In this document: positions 50,131 to 62,641 of the stretch, piece by piece
Layout: every line of letters begins with the position of its first letter
Position numbering within the stretch: the stretch's first letter is position 1
NCBI RefSeq assembly: GCF_006345805.1
Contig: NC_043004.1
Location: 78,058,001-78,122,000 of the forward strand
Length of the DNA: 64,000 nt
Direction of reading: 5' to 3'
DNA from: Octopus sinensis
Taxonomy: Eukaryota
Made by a program: the position numbers and the translations under genes
Notes under the pieces: generated by a model
Seen by the model: only the letters and a program-made list of their open reading frames with translations
Databases searched by the model: none
What the model was told of the DNA's origin: nothing

Positions 50131-50252
50131 TAGGCAGACAGATAGGCAGACAGACAGACAGGCAGACAGATAGATAGACAGACACACAGACAGATAGATA
50201 CAGGTAGACAGATAGATATAGATATATAGATATAGGTAGACAGATATAGATA
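48934..50252. repeat. (GATA)n/(GACA)n compound satellite, ~1.3 kb
   Basis: Directly visible. Confidence 0.98.
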
Positions 50253-51074
50253 TGGATACACACCTCTGAAACCTAACTGTAACTTGATATGCTAAACATA
50301 ATAGAAATTAAATTGCTAGAGCTGTTTCAGTAATAAAGGAAGCTAATATACGATTTCTAACAGTTAAGTTTGGTTCTTAATATACTTGCACACACACACA
50401 CACACACACACACAGTATATAAATGCAATTATGAATCCAAGCTGTGAAACACACACTCACATGTTTGTTTGTGTGTGTATGTGTGTGTGTGTACGTGCAC
50501 ATATGTGTTCAAAAACAAATTACATAAGATTAAATGATACGTATGTGTGTGTGTGTATATGCATCATCATCATCATCGTCATCATTTAATGTCTATCTTC
50601 ATGGACAGACAGGATCTGATGAGTCAGAGAACTGCGTCATGTTCCGATGTCTACTTTGGCATGGTTTCTATGGCTGCCTGCCCTTCTTAGTGACATATAT
50701 ACAGACATCTTCATCCTTTTTTTTAACATTTACTTTTCCAGGGTGGAATGGGTCAGATGGAATTCCTCAAGGCAGTTGCATTTCTTTTCTGTTGCCCATC
50801 CTTGCTTCCAAACAACCTAATATTTCTCTACGCTTGAACAGAATGTTGAAAATAAAGGACACACACACACACACACACACACACACCCATGGTGGACTTC
50901 TTTCATCATCCGTCTATTGAATCCCCTCACAAATTATTATTATTATTATTATTATCCTTGGACAACCTGGGGCTTTACTACAAGACACCAACCCAAGGTG
51001 TCACGCAGAGGGGCAGAAACCCAACCCATGCAGTCTTAACCATACAGACATGCACATAACAGACAGACTTTTTA

Positions 51075-51268
51075 TCTTATTCTTGTTTCAGTCATTGAAC
51101 TGCAGTCATGCTGGAGCACAACCTTGAAGAATTTCAGCCAAAAGAATTGACCCCAAGACTTGTACTTTGTAAGCCTGGTACTTATTCTATCAGTCCTATT
51201 CAGTTACTAAGTTACAGGGTCGTAAACAGCGATGGTGGGGGGGGACAAATACAGAACCATACACACAC

Positions 51269-51324
<56 letters not shown>

Positions 51325-51480
51325 ACAGGCTTCTTTCAGTTTCCGTCTACCAAATCCACTCATAAGGCTTTGGTCGGCCCAAGGCTATAGTAGAAGACAC
51401 TCGCTCAATGTGCCACACAGTAGGACTGACTAGAGACCATATAGTTGGTGAGTAAGCTATTTACCACACAGCCACTCCTG

Positions 51481-51522
<42 letters not shown>

Positions 51523-51680
51523 ACTGGCTTCTTTCAGTTTCTGTCTACCAAATCCACTCACAAGGTTTTGGTTGGCTTAAGGCTATAGTAGAAGACACTT
51601 GCCCAAGGTGTCACACAGTGGGACTGACCCGAACCATGTGGTTGGTAAGCAAACTACTTACCACACAGCCATGCCTGCAT
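51075..51680 (-). mobile_element. Two adjacent SINE B copies (51075-51482 full, 51521-51680 head)
   Basis: Reverse-complement matches separated by (CA)(TA)n. Confidence 0.75.
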
Positions 51681-53015
51681 ATTTACATTATATATATATA
51701 TGTGTATATATATGTAAAAATACATATATATACATTTCTATATAGGCATGCTTAGTTGTCACTTGCAATTGAACTCACAAATGCTATGATCACAAGCTCA
51801 ACACAACAACACAGACCCACATTATAAATATGACCAGACTATTGGATGTTATACATCTCTGGTCACAATGCACTTTACACTGTTTCACCTTTTGAATGAT
51901 GCCACCCCACTGGCAAGGCAAGTAGGCCAACATCTCCACCTGATCAGAAAGCTGGTCTATCACGGGCGATCCATTTAGAGCTGAGTGGACTGGAACAGCA
52001 TGAAATGAAGAGTTTTGCTCAAGGATTCAATGTACTACACAGTCCAGGAATCCATAATCGTTAGACCGGGACTGCAACGTCCTAACCACTATGCCATGTG
52101 CCTTCAAACACACACACACAGGTGGTGGTGCCACATAAAAAAAGCACCCAGTACACCGTAAAGTGAATGGTGTTAGGAAAGTCATCCAACCAGAGAAGCC
52201 ATGTCAAAGCTGACAGTGGAGCACAATGCAGTCCTCTGGTTGCCAGCTCCTGTCGAACCATCCAACTCATGCCAACATGGAATATAGATGTTAAATGATG
52301 ATGATGATGGTGTGTGTGTGTGTAAAACATGATTAATAGTATCATATAAACCCTTAACAATGACGTGTGTGCAGTCTCAAAAGTAATTTCGTTCTCCCCA
52401 CGGTTTCATTAATAATACAAATAAATGGGAAAGGGAAGAAAATACTATCTCAACATATGACACAAGGAATGGAAAACAGCAGAACCAAAAATAATAGAGT
52501 GTAAACTCACACTGAAATCAAGAAAACTATTTCAGGAATAACTAAAAGACCTAAAAATAGGACAATAAAAAAGAAACAAAGAAAATAAATGCAAAGAAGA
52601 AAGAAAAAAGATGAAAATAGAGAATAAAAAAAAAAGGAAAATATGGTGGAAAGGAAATATTCTGTCAAAGAACTATAATGTAAAATGTTAACATTATTTT
52701 CTAAAACGGCAGGAAACGGTAACAGTCCTACCAAATCTCCCTACCATGTACCCACTATAAAAAGATTGGTTATTCAATATTCTGTCAAAATAATTAATAC
52801 TTAGAGGAAATAAAGGCTAAAGAAGGGAGCAGCAAAACAACTGGTATGGAATGGTCTCATGTTACCAAGAATTCAAGGAAATCTACATACTTCAGACTTA
52901 ACTTTGTCTTCTTTACCAATATTTGTGACAGATCAGTTGTTTGTAGAAATTAGCATTTGGTGACATTAGTCATGTTTGGTAAAGTAAGTCCGTCAAACTC
53001 AGCGTCAAACACTTG

Positions 53016-53397
53016 AGGTGCAGGAGTGGCTCTGTGGTAAGAAGTTTGCTTCTCAACCACACAGTTCCGGGTTCAGTCCCACTGTGTGGCACCTGGCCAA
53101 ATGTCTTCCACTATAGACTTGGATCGACCAAAGCCTTGTGAGTGGATTTGGCAGACGAAAACTGAAAGAAGCCCATCATATATGTGTATATATATATATA
53201 TATGTATTTCTGTGTGTGAGTTTGTCCCCTCCACCTTCGCTTGACAACCAATGTTGATGTGTTTACGTCCCTGTAACTTAGCAGTTCAACAAAGAAAACC
53301 GATAGAATAAGTACTAGGCTTACAAAGAATAAGTCCTGGGGTCGATTTGTTTAACTAAAGACAGTGCTCCAGCATGGTCGCAGTCAAGTAAAAGAAT
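53016..53397 (+). mobile_element. SINE B
   Basis: Full head-to-tail match. Confidence 0.8.
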
Positions 53398-54294
53398 GAC
53401 ATCACACACAGACATAGATAAACATAATCAACAAAATAGGGCAAAAAGATTTTAGCATTCCAAGTCCACAATCTACTTAATTGAGGAGAGGCATGAGTGC
53501 CACAACTTCTGTTGTCAATCTTCAGAAGGTGGTCAAACTGGTCACATGCTGATGGACATTTCTTGTTATAAAAGGTCAATCAGTTGGTCAAGTGTTATGT
53601 CAGTACAAAAGCTGGATAAACGTTTCTCCTTTCTTATCTGTGGTGTTATGAGCCAGACTGTGTTGTAGGGAAAGGACGCAAGTGAGGGAGTACGCATGTC
53701 CTGTCGGAAGTGGGGTCTCTGGGTCCCACCGGAAGGGCCATGGTGAGCAGGCAGGGTTGGCGAGGTGCGAGCAATCAGTTGTCGGTGGATAGCATACAAG
53801 AGCTGATGAGTTAGATGGTATGGCAGCAGATAGAGCATGTGGACGTTGAGTGACCCTTCCAGATTGAGACAGAGCATGTGGACGTGTGTGTGCATGTACA
53901 TGTGTGCCTATGTACGTGTGTGTGCCTGTGTTTACCCAAAAGCAACTGGCTTCAAAGTGAGCTTCATGAATCCCACAGCTGCCATGTCTGCTTCAGAATT
54001 ACTCAGGAAATCACTACAAATATGACAGACACTGAGAAACTACCACTACGAAGATGGCTGGAATTTAATGGCAAAAGCACCATACTTCCAACCAGAATCT
54101 TCTTCCACTCAATCACTTATCCCACCACTGTGAAGGTGCATGGCTGAATGGTTAGGGTGTTCGACACACAATCATAAAGCCATGAGTTCGATTCCCAGTA
54201 GTGGGTTGTGTCTTTGAGTAAGACACTATTTCCCATTGCTTCAGTCCACTCTGTCGACAAAATTAAGTTGTACATATTACCATGTGATCGATGC

Positions 54295-54630
54295 CAGGGC
54301 TGCCTAACTGGCTCCCATGCTGGTGGCTTGTAAAATGCACCATCCAACTGTAGCTGATGCTAGTATCCCCTGACTGGCTCCCGTGCCGGTGGCACATAAA
54401 AAGCACTATCTGAACATGATTAATGCCAGGCCCACTTGACTGGCTCCCGTGCCGGTGTCACGTAAAAGCACCCACTACATTCTCAGAGAGGTTGGTGTTA
54501 GGAAGGGCATCCAGCTGTAGAAACACTGCCAGATCAGACTGGAGCCTGGTGCAGCCTTCTGGCTTACCTGTTCTCAGTTTAACCGTCCAACCCATGCCAG
54601 CATGGAAAGTGGATGATGATAATGATGATG
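54295..54630 (+). mobile_element. RTE 3'-tail copy with tandem units
   Basis: Three GACTGGCTCCC(A/G)TGC.GGTG units, then the tail module and (GAT)n. Confidence 0.8.
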
Positions 54631-56218
54631 TTTTACAAGGCCTCCAACAATGGTGGAAGGAAGGAAGTGGATCAAAAATCATAATTCATGGGGTATCCTC
54701 GTACTAAAACCTTGATGCAAATACTTATAATAGTAAAACCCCCATCCCAAACCCGGCCCCAAAGCAGCTGTGGTTCAAGCAGCTGTGGTTCAAGCAGCTT
54801 TTACATACAAATGAAAAGCTGTATTGATCCCAGTGTTACAAGCACTGTATGGCTATGAGACTAGGCTACCCCACTCACAGCAACACTCCTGTCTATTTTC
54901 AGATGTAGGCCACAAGAATCGATGCCATGGCCCATAGCTCTTTATGAATGATGGAAATTTGCCATCATTGGTGAGTGACTTGAAGGCAGCATTGGATTAA
55001 CCGTTAAGCAAAATAAGAACATGCTTAGGGCATCAAGGGAATAGGAAGGCACCACAGAAATGGTAAATGGTTTAGGGCACAAAAATAAATCACTTTGAAC
55101 TCACTAAAATAATATTTGAAGTGGTTTATATGATCAGAAATGTAATTTCGAAGTGTTCATGGTATCATAGTGAAGATCTGATCAAAAACTTTGCAATTAA
55201 AAAGAAGGAGGAGAAAACTTTTCAAATATAAATAAAATGGAATTATACAGAAATAAATATTATTTTCCATATTTCTGTTAGTTTTGTTTTATTTTGAAAA
55301 AAAAACCGAAAATTTATTTTATGGTTTATTATTGTTTGTTTTCAATTACATATATAGTGGGGCACCAAGTGCTAAGGTCCTCTATGGGTCTTAATCCAAC
55401 CCTGCCTCACAGCAGATTTTTAGCCCTCCACTACATGGTGGGAGGTGACCTCACAGCTGATATTCACCCCTTCTCCACACTGCCAACACAAACAACAGTT
55501 TTGATATATAATTCTTTCCCTACTACTAAAAGAAAAAAAACAACAAATGATTGAGTTTATATAATCACTTCTTTATTATGTCCCAGGGGTGCTGTTTTCC
55601 TCATGTTTTACACATCTCTCATACTTTAAAATCAATTTCCAGTCTTTGATTTGAAGTTTTCCAGATTTTTAGCTCAGTTCAAGACGCTAAAATTTGGTCA
55701 AATATTTTCATATAGACATATCATATTACCATTTCTCTTTACATAAAGAGAAGAAACAAAATATCTTTTCCTATCTTCCGTGATGTGCGACCAGGCTTCA
55801 ATTCTATACCGTATCAATAAATCAATATCAACGAAGGGCTTTTGATTGTTATCTTTCCAAGAATCACACTGCGAAATGAAATCTTTATTTAGTATAAAGA
55901 TAAACCAAAATATCTTCCAAAGAATGGTTTCTTAGCTTTCCACTGATGAAAGGGAAAATATCTCGTTTATAGAAGCCAACATTTTATCTAAGAAAGTATG
56001 GAAACCACTTCAGGTAAGAATATTGGAAATACTTCAGATAAATTTAAAAGGAGAAGGAATTCAAAGAGCTGCCGTCAATGTCTGCTAATTCAATCAGTGA
56101 TTCCTAAACTTCTGCCAGGGTATTGCTCTTATAGTTTCTGTCAACTCAAAACACAATTCCTTGAATCCCAACAAAGGATTTTGTAATTCATTCAAAATAA
56201 AATTAAAACCTCTCAGAG

Positions 56219-56273
56219 GGAGACATTGTCATAGAAACGAAACTATCCATGTCATAATGTATGTTTTCTGGAA
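56219..56273 (-). other. Candidate exon (55 bp), unverified
   Basis: aatttctgcag|...|ATGgtaagt; open as MLYYQAVISEIGKTSKNM. Confidence 0.13.
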
Positions 56274-56377
56274 CTTACCATATTCTTTGAAGTTTTACCT
56301 ATTTCAGAAATCACAGCTTGGTAATACAGCATGCTGCAGAAATTTTATTTTACTTAATTTATTATTTGATATACAAA

Positions 56378-57040
56378 AGGTGGCAAGCTGGTAGAATTGG
56401 TTGCATCTATCTGCCTCATAGTACATTTTTCTAGTGCCTTATGTTGTGAGTTCAAATCCCACCAAAGCCAATTTCAGCTTTTATCAAGATCAAAAGAATA
56501 TAGTACCAGTCAAATACTGGGGACCATGGTATCAACTAAACTCCTTACCTCAAAATTACTGGCCTTGTGCTTAAATCAGAAACCATTATTATTGTTATTA
56601 TTATTGTTATTATTATTATTGTTATTAAGGCGGTGAGCTGGTAGAGTTGTTTGCCAACCAGGCAAAATGCTTTGTGGCATTGTGTGCGTCTTTACTTTCT
56701 GAGGTCAAATTCCACTGAGGTCAACTTTGCCTTTCATCCTTTTGGGGTCAAAAAGTTAAGTACCAGTTGTGTACTGGAAACGATATAATTGACTAGTTCC
56801 CTCCTGCCAAATTTGAGGCCTTGCGCCTCCAGTAGAAAGGATTATCATCATCATCATCATCATTATTATTATTATAATAAAGACAGTGAGCTGGCAGAAT
56901 CGTTAGCGGACCAGACAAAATTCTTAGTGACATTTCTTCCAACATTATGTTCCAAGTTCAAATGCCACCCAGGTCAACTTTGCCATTCATTCTTTTAGGG
57001 CCAATAAAATAAAAAAAACAGTTTTGCCCTGGGGTTAATG
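56378..57040 (+). mobile_element. Three head-to-tail SINE D copies separated by (TTA)n/(ATC)n
   Basis: Copies start at ~56378, ~56628 and ~56880. Confidence 0.8.
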
Positions 57041-57103
57041 TAATATTAGAATATTAGAACTGGCTGGGAAAACTTCTAAGAGTTATCAACTTAGCTGATA
57101 ACA

Positions 57104-57200
57104 ACGGCCCTCTCCCTCACAGTGAAAAGCAGATTGTATGGTACCTGCATATGAACAACTATGCTACATGGCAGTGACATATGGGCTGTGACAGTACAGA
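57104..57200 (+). mobile_element. Short internal RTE RT fragment
   Basis: AGCAGATTGTATG...CTATGCTACATGGCAGTGACATATGGGCTGTGACAG matches the GRLY...AMLHGSETW segment at 4.4 kb and 37.7 kb. Confidence 0.55.
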
Positions 57201-57316
57201 ACAACCTATCTTCTTAACACCACCCTCCACTCTTCACCCGGGTTCACCACTCACTATATTTCTTTTCCTTCACACCCTCATGAACCTACCCCTGCACACA
57301 ATATGTCCCTGTCAAA

Positions 57317-57530
57317 AAGGCGGCAAGCTGACAGAAACGTTAGCATGCCGGGCAAAATGAGTAGCCATATTTCGTCTGCTGTTACGTTCTGTGTTCAAAT
57401 TCCGTCGAGGTTGACTTTGCCTTTCATCCTTTCGGGGTCAATTAATTAAGTACCAGTCATGCACTGGGGTCGATCTAATTGACTGGACTCCTCCCTCAAA
57501 ATTTCTGGCCTTGTGCCTAGAGTAGAAAAG
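57317..57530 (+). mobile_element. SINE D, tail type 2
   Basis: TSD AATATGTCCCTG(T/C)CAAA at 57300-57316 and 57531-57547. Confidence 0.88.
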
Positions 57531-58260
57531 AATATGTCCCTGCCAAACCTCTTCCCCACAATATATCTTCATAACACCACTTCCTTTCACTAGAATCCAC
57601 TCAAAACATTTCCTCCCCCTCTCCTCCATTTCCTACTCTCTGCAATCTTACTCACCCTATGCAATCCATAGTTCCACATCACATATGAACACTTCTCTGC
57701 AATTCAAGTGTACCCCGTCCCACCACCACGACCTCTTCCAACACATCATCTTCTCTCTCTCTCCAACTGAAGTAGCCATGTACCTCTTCTACTGCAAGAC
57801 ACCCATCTTCGTCCCTCTATTCCTATTCCAAGCTCTCATCACTTGACACAAAGCCACCACCACCCTTCATTCTACTCCCCACCCTCTGTTGATGACTCTT
57901 GCCTCGGTGACCTCACTGCTGATAGTGCTACGTGAAAAGCATCCAGTCCACCCTCTGTAAAAGTGGTTGCCATTAGGAAGGGCATCCAGCTGTGGAAACC
58001 AGGCCAAAGCAGACAGCAGAATTCGGCACAGTCCTCTGATTTGCCTGTTCCTGTCAAACTGTCCAACCCATGCTGGTATAGAAGGAGAATGTTAAATGAT
58101 GAAGGTGATGAAGGACAGAGTACACAACTAACAGGACAGAGTACATAAACGAATGCCTCATTTGTTATGACCCTTGCTTTCGAGATTACTAATAGAAATA
58201 AACAGTTTGTTTTTACTGCATTTAGGTGATATAAAACTAACATTTTCAGAACAGAGTACA

Positions 58261-58725
58261 TAACACAATGTTTCGACTGATATACCTATTTCTTTATTAC
58301 CCACAAGGGGCTAAACACAGAGAGGACAAACAATGACAGACATAGGTATTAAGTCAATTACATCGACCCGTGCGTAACTGGTACTTAATTTATCGACCCC
58401 AAAAGGATGAAAGGCAAAGTCGACCTTGGCGGAATTTGAACTCACAACGTAACGGCAGACGAAATACTGCAAAGCATTTCACCTGGCGTGCTAACGTTTC
58501 TGCCAGGTGTCTTAGGGAAATTTCGAATCTGGATTCTCATTCCTAAGGTATTTTTCAATGTTATTGTTATTATTATTATAATTATTATTATTCAGGTCAT
58601 CTTGGGGTTAGTAGCCCACGCACTTAACCACTATGCCATATACCCAATATTCAACAAGATGAGGACAAATATCCGTCAAATGTAAATAATGTACATAATT
58701 CCTCATCTCTCAAATACAGAACTGT
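58261..58725 (-). mobile_element. Family F copy 3, 5'-inverted and interrupted by SINE D
   Basis: Head on minus ends at ~58640; GACACCTG half at 58504-58511; GGTATATCAGTCGAAACATTGTGTTA half at 58261-58286; tail on plus 58652-58725. Confidence 0.7.
58287..58503 (-). mobile_element. SINE D, tail type 1, inserted into a family F hammerhead
   Basis: Reverse-complement match; flanks are the two halves of the F hammerhead. Confidence 0.85.
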
Positions 58726-59337
58726 AAAAGAAAAAAAAAACAGTATGCAAATAGTAGGGCAGCATCCAGAAACAGTAGAGTTGAGTACATGTCAGTAGAG
58801 AAACAGTATGACGGAGTATGTTTTACTAAGAAATACAATAAATGATGATAAGAGATTAGAGTACAGAACCAGTTGGACTGTACACATGTGAGGACAGTAA
58901 ACTGCATCCAAAAGAACTTGTCTTACAGATATGCTGTGTCCTCTCACTGCTTTTCTCCCGCTACTACTGTGGCCTCTGCTTCCCACAGTTTACTGTCCTT
59001 GTGTTACCAACAGTAAAACATTCGAAATTCACTCATCTCTCCACTTATCACTTTAATTGGGTTCACCACCCACACTTTACACTGAACACTCTGCCAAACC
59101 CTTCTTCCTCAAGATGGAGCCCATTTACAACTATTTTAAGATGATGTTAACCATCAGGTGCTCACAGGTGGGCCTGCAAAGGAATGTGGACACAGCTCTT
59201 TACACAGACTAAAGTAATTTTCTTTTTAAATTCAGTCAAGAAACAGTACAAATTACATATCAGTTCAATAACTAAAGTACGGATACCACAGATCTAAGTA
59301 CAATAAGTAGAGTACAGAAATAGAAGAACCAAATAGA

Positions 59338-59620
59338 TCATCATCATCATCATTTAGCGTCCGCTTTCCATGTTAGCATGGGTTGGACGGTTCAACTGGG
59401 GTCTGGGAAGCCAGAAGGCTGCATCAGGCCCAATCTGATCTGGCAATGTTTCTATGGCTGGATGCCCTTCCTAACGCCAACCACTCCGTGAGTGTAGTGG
59501 GTGCTTTTTACGTGCCAGACAAGGCTGGCAACGGCCACGTTCGGATGGTTCGCTTACGTGCCACCGGCACTAGTATCACAGCTACAATTTCCATTGATGT
59601 TGATCGATTTCGATTTCAAT
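59338..59620 (-). mobile_element. RTE 3'-tail copy
   Basis: Same tail module in reverse orientation. Confidence 0.8.
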
Positions 59621-60381
59621 TTTGATGAACAGAAACGGAATTTGTGTTCAAGCCATTCGAATTGTGTTGTATGCTGTCGTGAATATGGCTTCAAAATATA
59701 GACAGACAGGGAAAGGAAGAAAAGAATAAAGGAAAGGAAGAAAGAAAGAGAGGAAAAAATAAAGAAAGAAGGAAAAAGAAAGAAAGATAGCTGGATGGAT
59801 AGATAAATGTAGAAGTTCTGGAGCCATATATTCATGCTTCACAATGCCAAACTAAGCAGAAGCTTTTGTCTTGAATGGTAAGGACTAGAAGTGTTTCATA
59901 TTTTGGATTCTTTGGGGATTTCAGAATGAACATTGATCAGCCTTTATAAAATGGAACAGCTTAGGGATGGAACCCAAACTTAAATACCTATTCTCTATTT
60001 CTATGTTTTATAATACAGTTTACATGTATACCGTGAAAGAAGTTTTTTATATAAATTTGGCACTCATCCACTTCAGGGCTGCCAAAGTATATTTTGTGAT
60101 AGAACCAAAATTGTCTGGAAATGTACCAAAACATACAAAAACATACCAAATTTTAAATATCAATATGAAATGATTTAAAACATCTTAAACAGGCAAAAAT
60201 ACATTTAACTTAGCATATATTTTCAGGGAAGTTTCTCAGTGCTTTCAGGAATTTTCCCTTTTTGAAGACTCACTTGAAGAAAATTCCATATTTTAGAGGC
60301 TTTCATATTTGAGAATTTCAGGAAAAATATAATGAATGAAAATATAATTTTTTTATTGTATTAATTCACCTACTAAATTCT

Positions 60382-60459
60382 ATAGTAACATGTAGGGCTA
60401 CATAGGTAGTATACATAGTAACATGTAGGGCTACATAGGTATTATACATAGTAACATGT
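60382..60459. repeat. 33-bp minisatellite (2.4 units), continuing after SINE insertions
   Basis: ATAGTAACATGTAGGGCTACATAGGTA(G/T)TATAC x2, then partial. Confidence 0.9.
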
Positions 60460-60774
60460 GGCCTGGCACTCTGGCAGTTATGACAATGTTCCAGTTGACC
60501 CAATCAAAGGAACAGCCTGGCTATGAACTTCACATGCAAGTGGCTGAGTACTTCACAGATACGCTTACCCTTAATGTAGTTCTCAGGGCATTTAGCATGA
60601 TACACCAAATGTGTAGCCCTTTGAATTACAGATATGACTAACTTTTGCTAATTGAGTGGACTAGAGCAATGTGAAATAAAGGGTCTTGCTCAAGGGCATA
60701 TCGTGCTGCCAGGAATTGAACTCATGACCTCATGATTGAGAGCCAAACATCTCAATCACTTAGCCATGTGCTTT
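60460..60774 (-). mobile_element. SINE E
   Basis: Reverse-complement match to 28275; TSD CATAGTAACATGT at 60447-60459 and 60775-60787. Confidence 0.85.
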
Positions 60775-60797
60775 CATAGTAACATGTAGGATTATAT

Positions 60798-60934
60798 TCA
60801 AATTCCGCCGAGGTCGACTTTGTCTGTCATCCTTTTGGGGTTGATAAATTAAGTACCAGTTGCATACTGGGGTCGATCTAATCGACTGCCCCTACTCCCC
60901 AAAAATTTCTGCCCTTGTGCCTAGAGTAGAAAAG
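60798..60934 (+). mobile_element. 5'-truncated SINE D, tail type 2
   Basis: TSD AACATGTAGG(A/G)TTATAT at 60781-60797 and 60935-60951. Confidence 0.85.
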
Positions 60935-62334
60935 AACATGTAGGGTTATATACAACATATAGCAATGTCTATGTAGGCTAGGGACGACCAACATATGTTT
61001 GTATTAGCAATACAGCGGCAAATTTAAAGCGATATTCATTGTATCACCATTATACAAGTAATATTGTTTGTGTCCAGTCTTCCATGAAAAACATATCTAG
61101 CCAAGGAGAAATATTACCTTGCTTGGAAATTAGTGAGAGTTGGTAACCTGAAGGGCACTGGTCACAGAAAATCAGGCTTAACAAAATCTGTCTGACCCAT
61201 GCAAGCAGGAAAAAGTGAACAGTAAACGATGATGACAATAATTCAACACACTGCCAAAAGTAGATGAAAAATCTACATTTCTTTAGTTTTCAAAAATGTG
61301 TAAAAAAAAAAATTGTTATCTGAGACATTCTTTGATAAACTTTAAAAATTTAAATAAGTTTCCCAAATGAGAAAATTTGGCAACATTAGTACTATATTTC
61401 TTAAAATAATTTCTTTGTTTGTAATAAATTAAATTTTTATTTTTATGAACCATAAATACAACACTTCATTTTGAAATGTTCCTCAAGAGACAGATTCCAG
61501 CTGGTTTCACCAGATCAACCTAAAGCATGCAACACAATGCTTTCTTGAAAAGTTTTGGTGTTATACATTCAAAAACTTTTATCTAAATTATCAACATAAA
61601 TAATATCTCATACCACACATCATTCCAGTGAGTGTTTGTAACAAAGACAATTTTGACAGCAAGTAAAAGTACAATTTATTACAAGACCAATTCCTCATAG
61701 ACTGATGAAGATGGCAAAAATTCAAAGCTAAATAATGATGAAAATAGGATCAACCAACATCTTAGCCAAATTCTTCAACACCTCTCTCTCTCTCTCTTTC
61801 CAGAGACTTATTCCAACTCTGAAAGCATGATAGAGTGCCACCCACAGAAAGGGACAGCTGTCAGTTAATCATAATTACTTTTAACATCTCAAAAGCTGAC
61901 AGAATCAATTGTTAACAACAACAAGTTCCAACACCTTGTGTTCCTTTCCCCGGCGACCCAGAACCATCTCCAGACTCAGATCTGCCACGGACATAATTTC
62001 CTGTTTTTTATCTTTTACTTGTTTCAGTCACACTGTGGCCATGCTGGAACATCTGTATAGGAGAGAGCATTGTTAGAGGTGACAGCAGGAGCTAGGGGAA
62101 AACATAATCAAACCATGTGGTACTTCAGAAGCGATAGTAAGGATCTGAGAGAACCCTGCCAGAGAACATTGCAATCTAACACGGAGCTTCTCCTAACCAG
62201 AAAAATGAGGCAGATAAAGTTCAGAAGAGAGAAAAATAAAAATCTTACACCAGACACAAATGTTTTGATGATGCCAGTGACAATAGAATTATTTTTTGAA
62301 ACTTCTGAAGAGCAAGAGACCACAGGTGGGTTAC

Positions 62335-62640
62335 ATAGGCACAAGAGCGACTGTGTGGTGAGAAGCTTGCTTCCCAACCACATGGTTCCAGGTTCTATCC
62401 CACTGCATGGTACTTTGGGCAAGTGTCTTCTACTACAGCCTCAGGCTGACCAAAGCCTTGTGAGTGGATTTGGTAGATGGAAACTGAAAGAAGCCTGTCA
62501 CATGTGTGTCTTTGTGTTTGTTTCTCACCACTGCTTGACAACCAGTGTTGGTGTGTTTACATCCCCATAACACAGCAGTTCAGCAAGAGACCAACAGTAT
62601 AAGTATCAGGTTTTAAAAAAAAATTAATTCCTGAGTTCAA
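62335..62640 (+). mobile_element. SINE B, 3' end cut off at an RTE tail
   Basis: Head and body match; abuts the (CAT)n of the 62642 element. Confidence 0.7.
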
Positions 62641-62641
62641 T

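Noticed and set aside
54762-54799. Short tandem duplications (15 bp here; 13 bp at ~6629-6662; 18 bp at ~31552-31587)
   Set aside because: Ordinary slippage duplications with no further structure.
47293-57040. Idea that the R4/Dong-like element mobilises SINE D into TAA repeats
   Set aside because: SINE D sense strand is flanked by (ATT)n whereas the RLE fragment's sense strand follows (TAA)n, and no shared 3' end is visible; the tracts are better explained as SINE tails.
2720-62570. Recurrent ORFs with GTEPGTMWLGSKLLTTQP or NHMVPGSVPLHGTLGKCLL
   Set aside because: Frames through the SINE B head.
62070-62570. 166-aa ORF
   Set aside because: Non-ATG start and the second half is SINE B.
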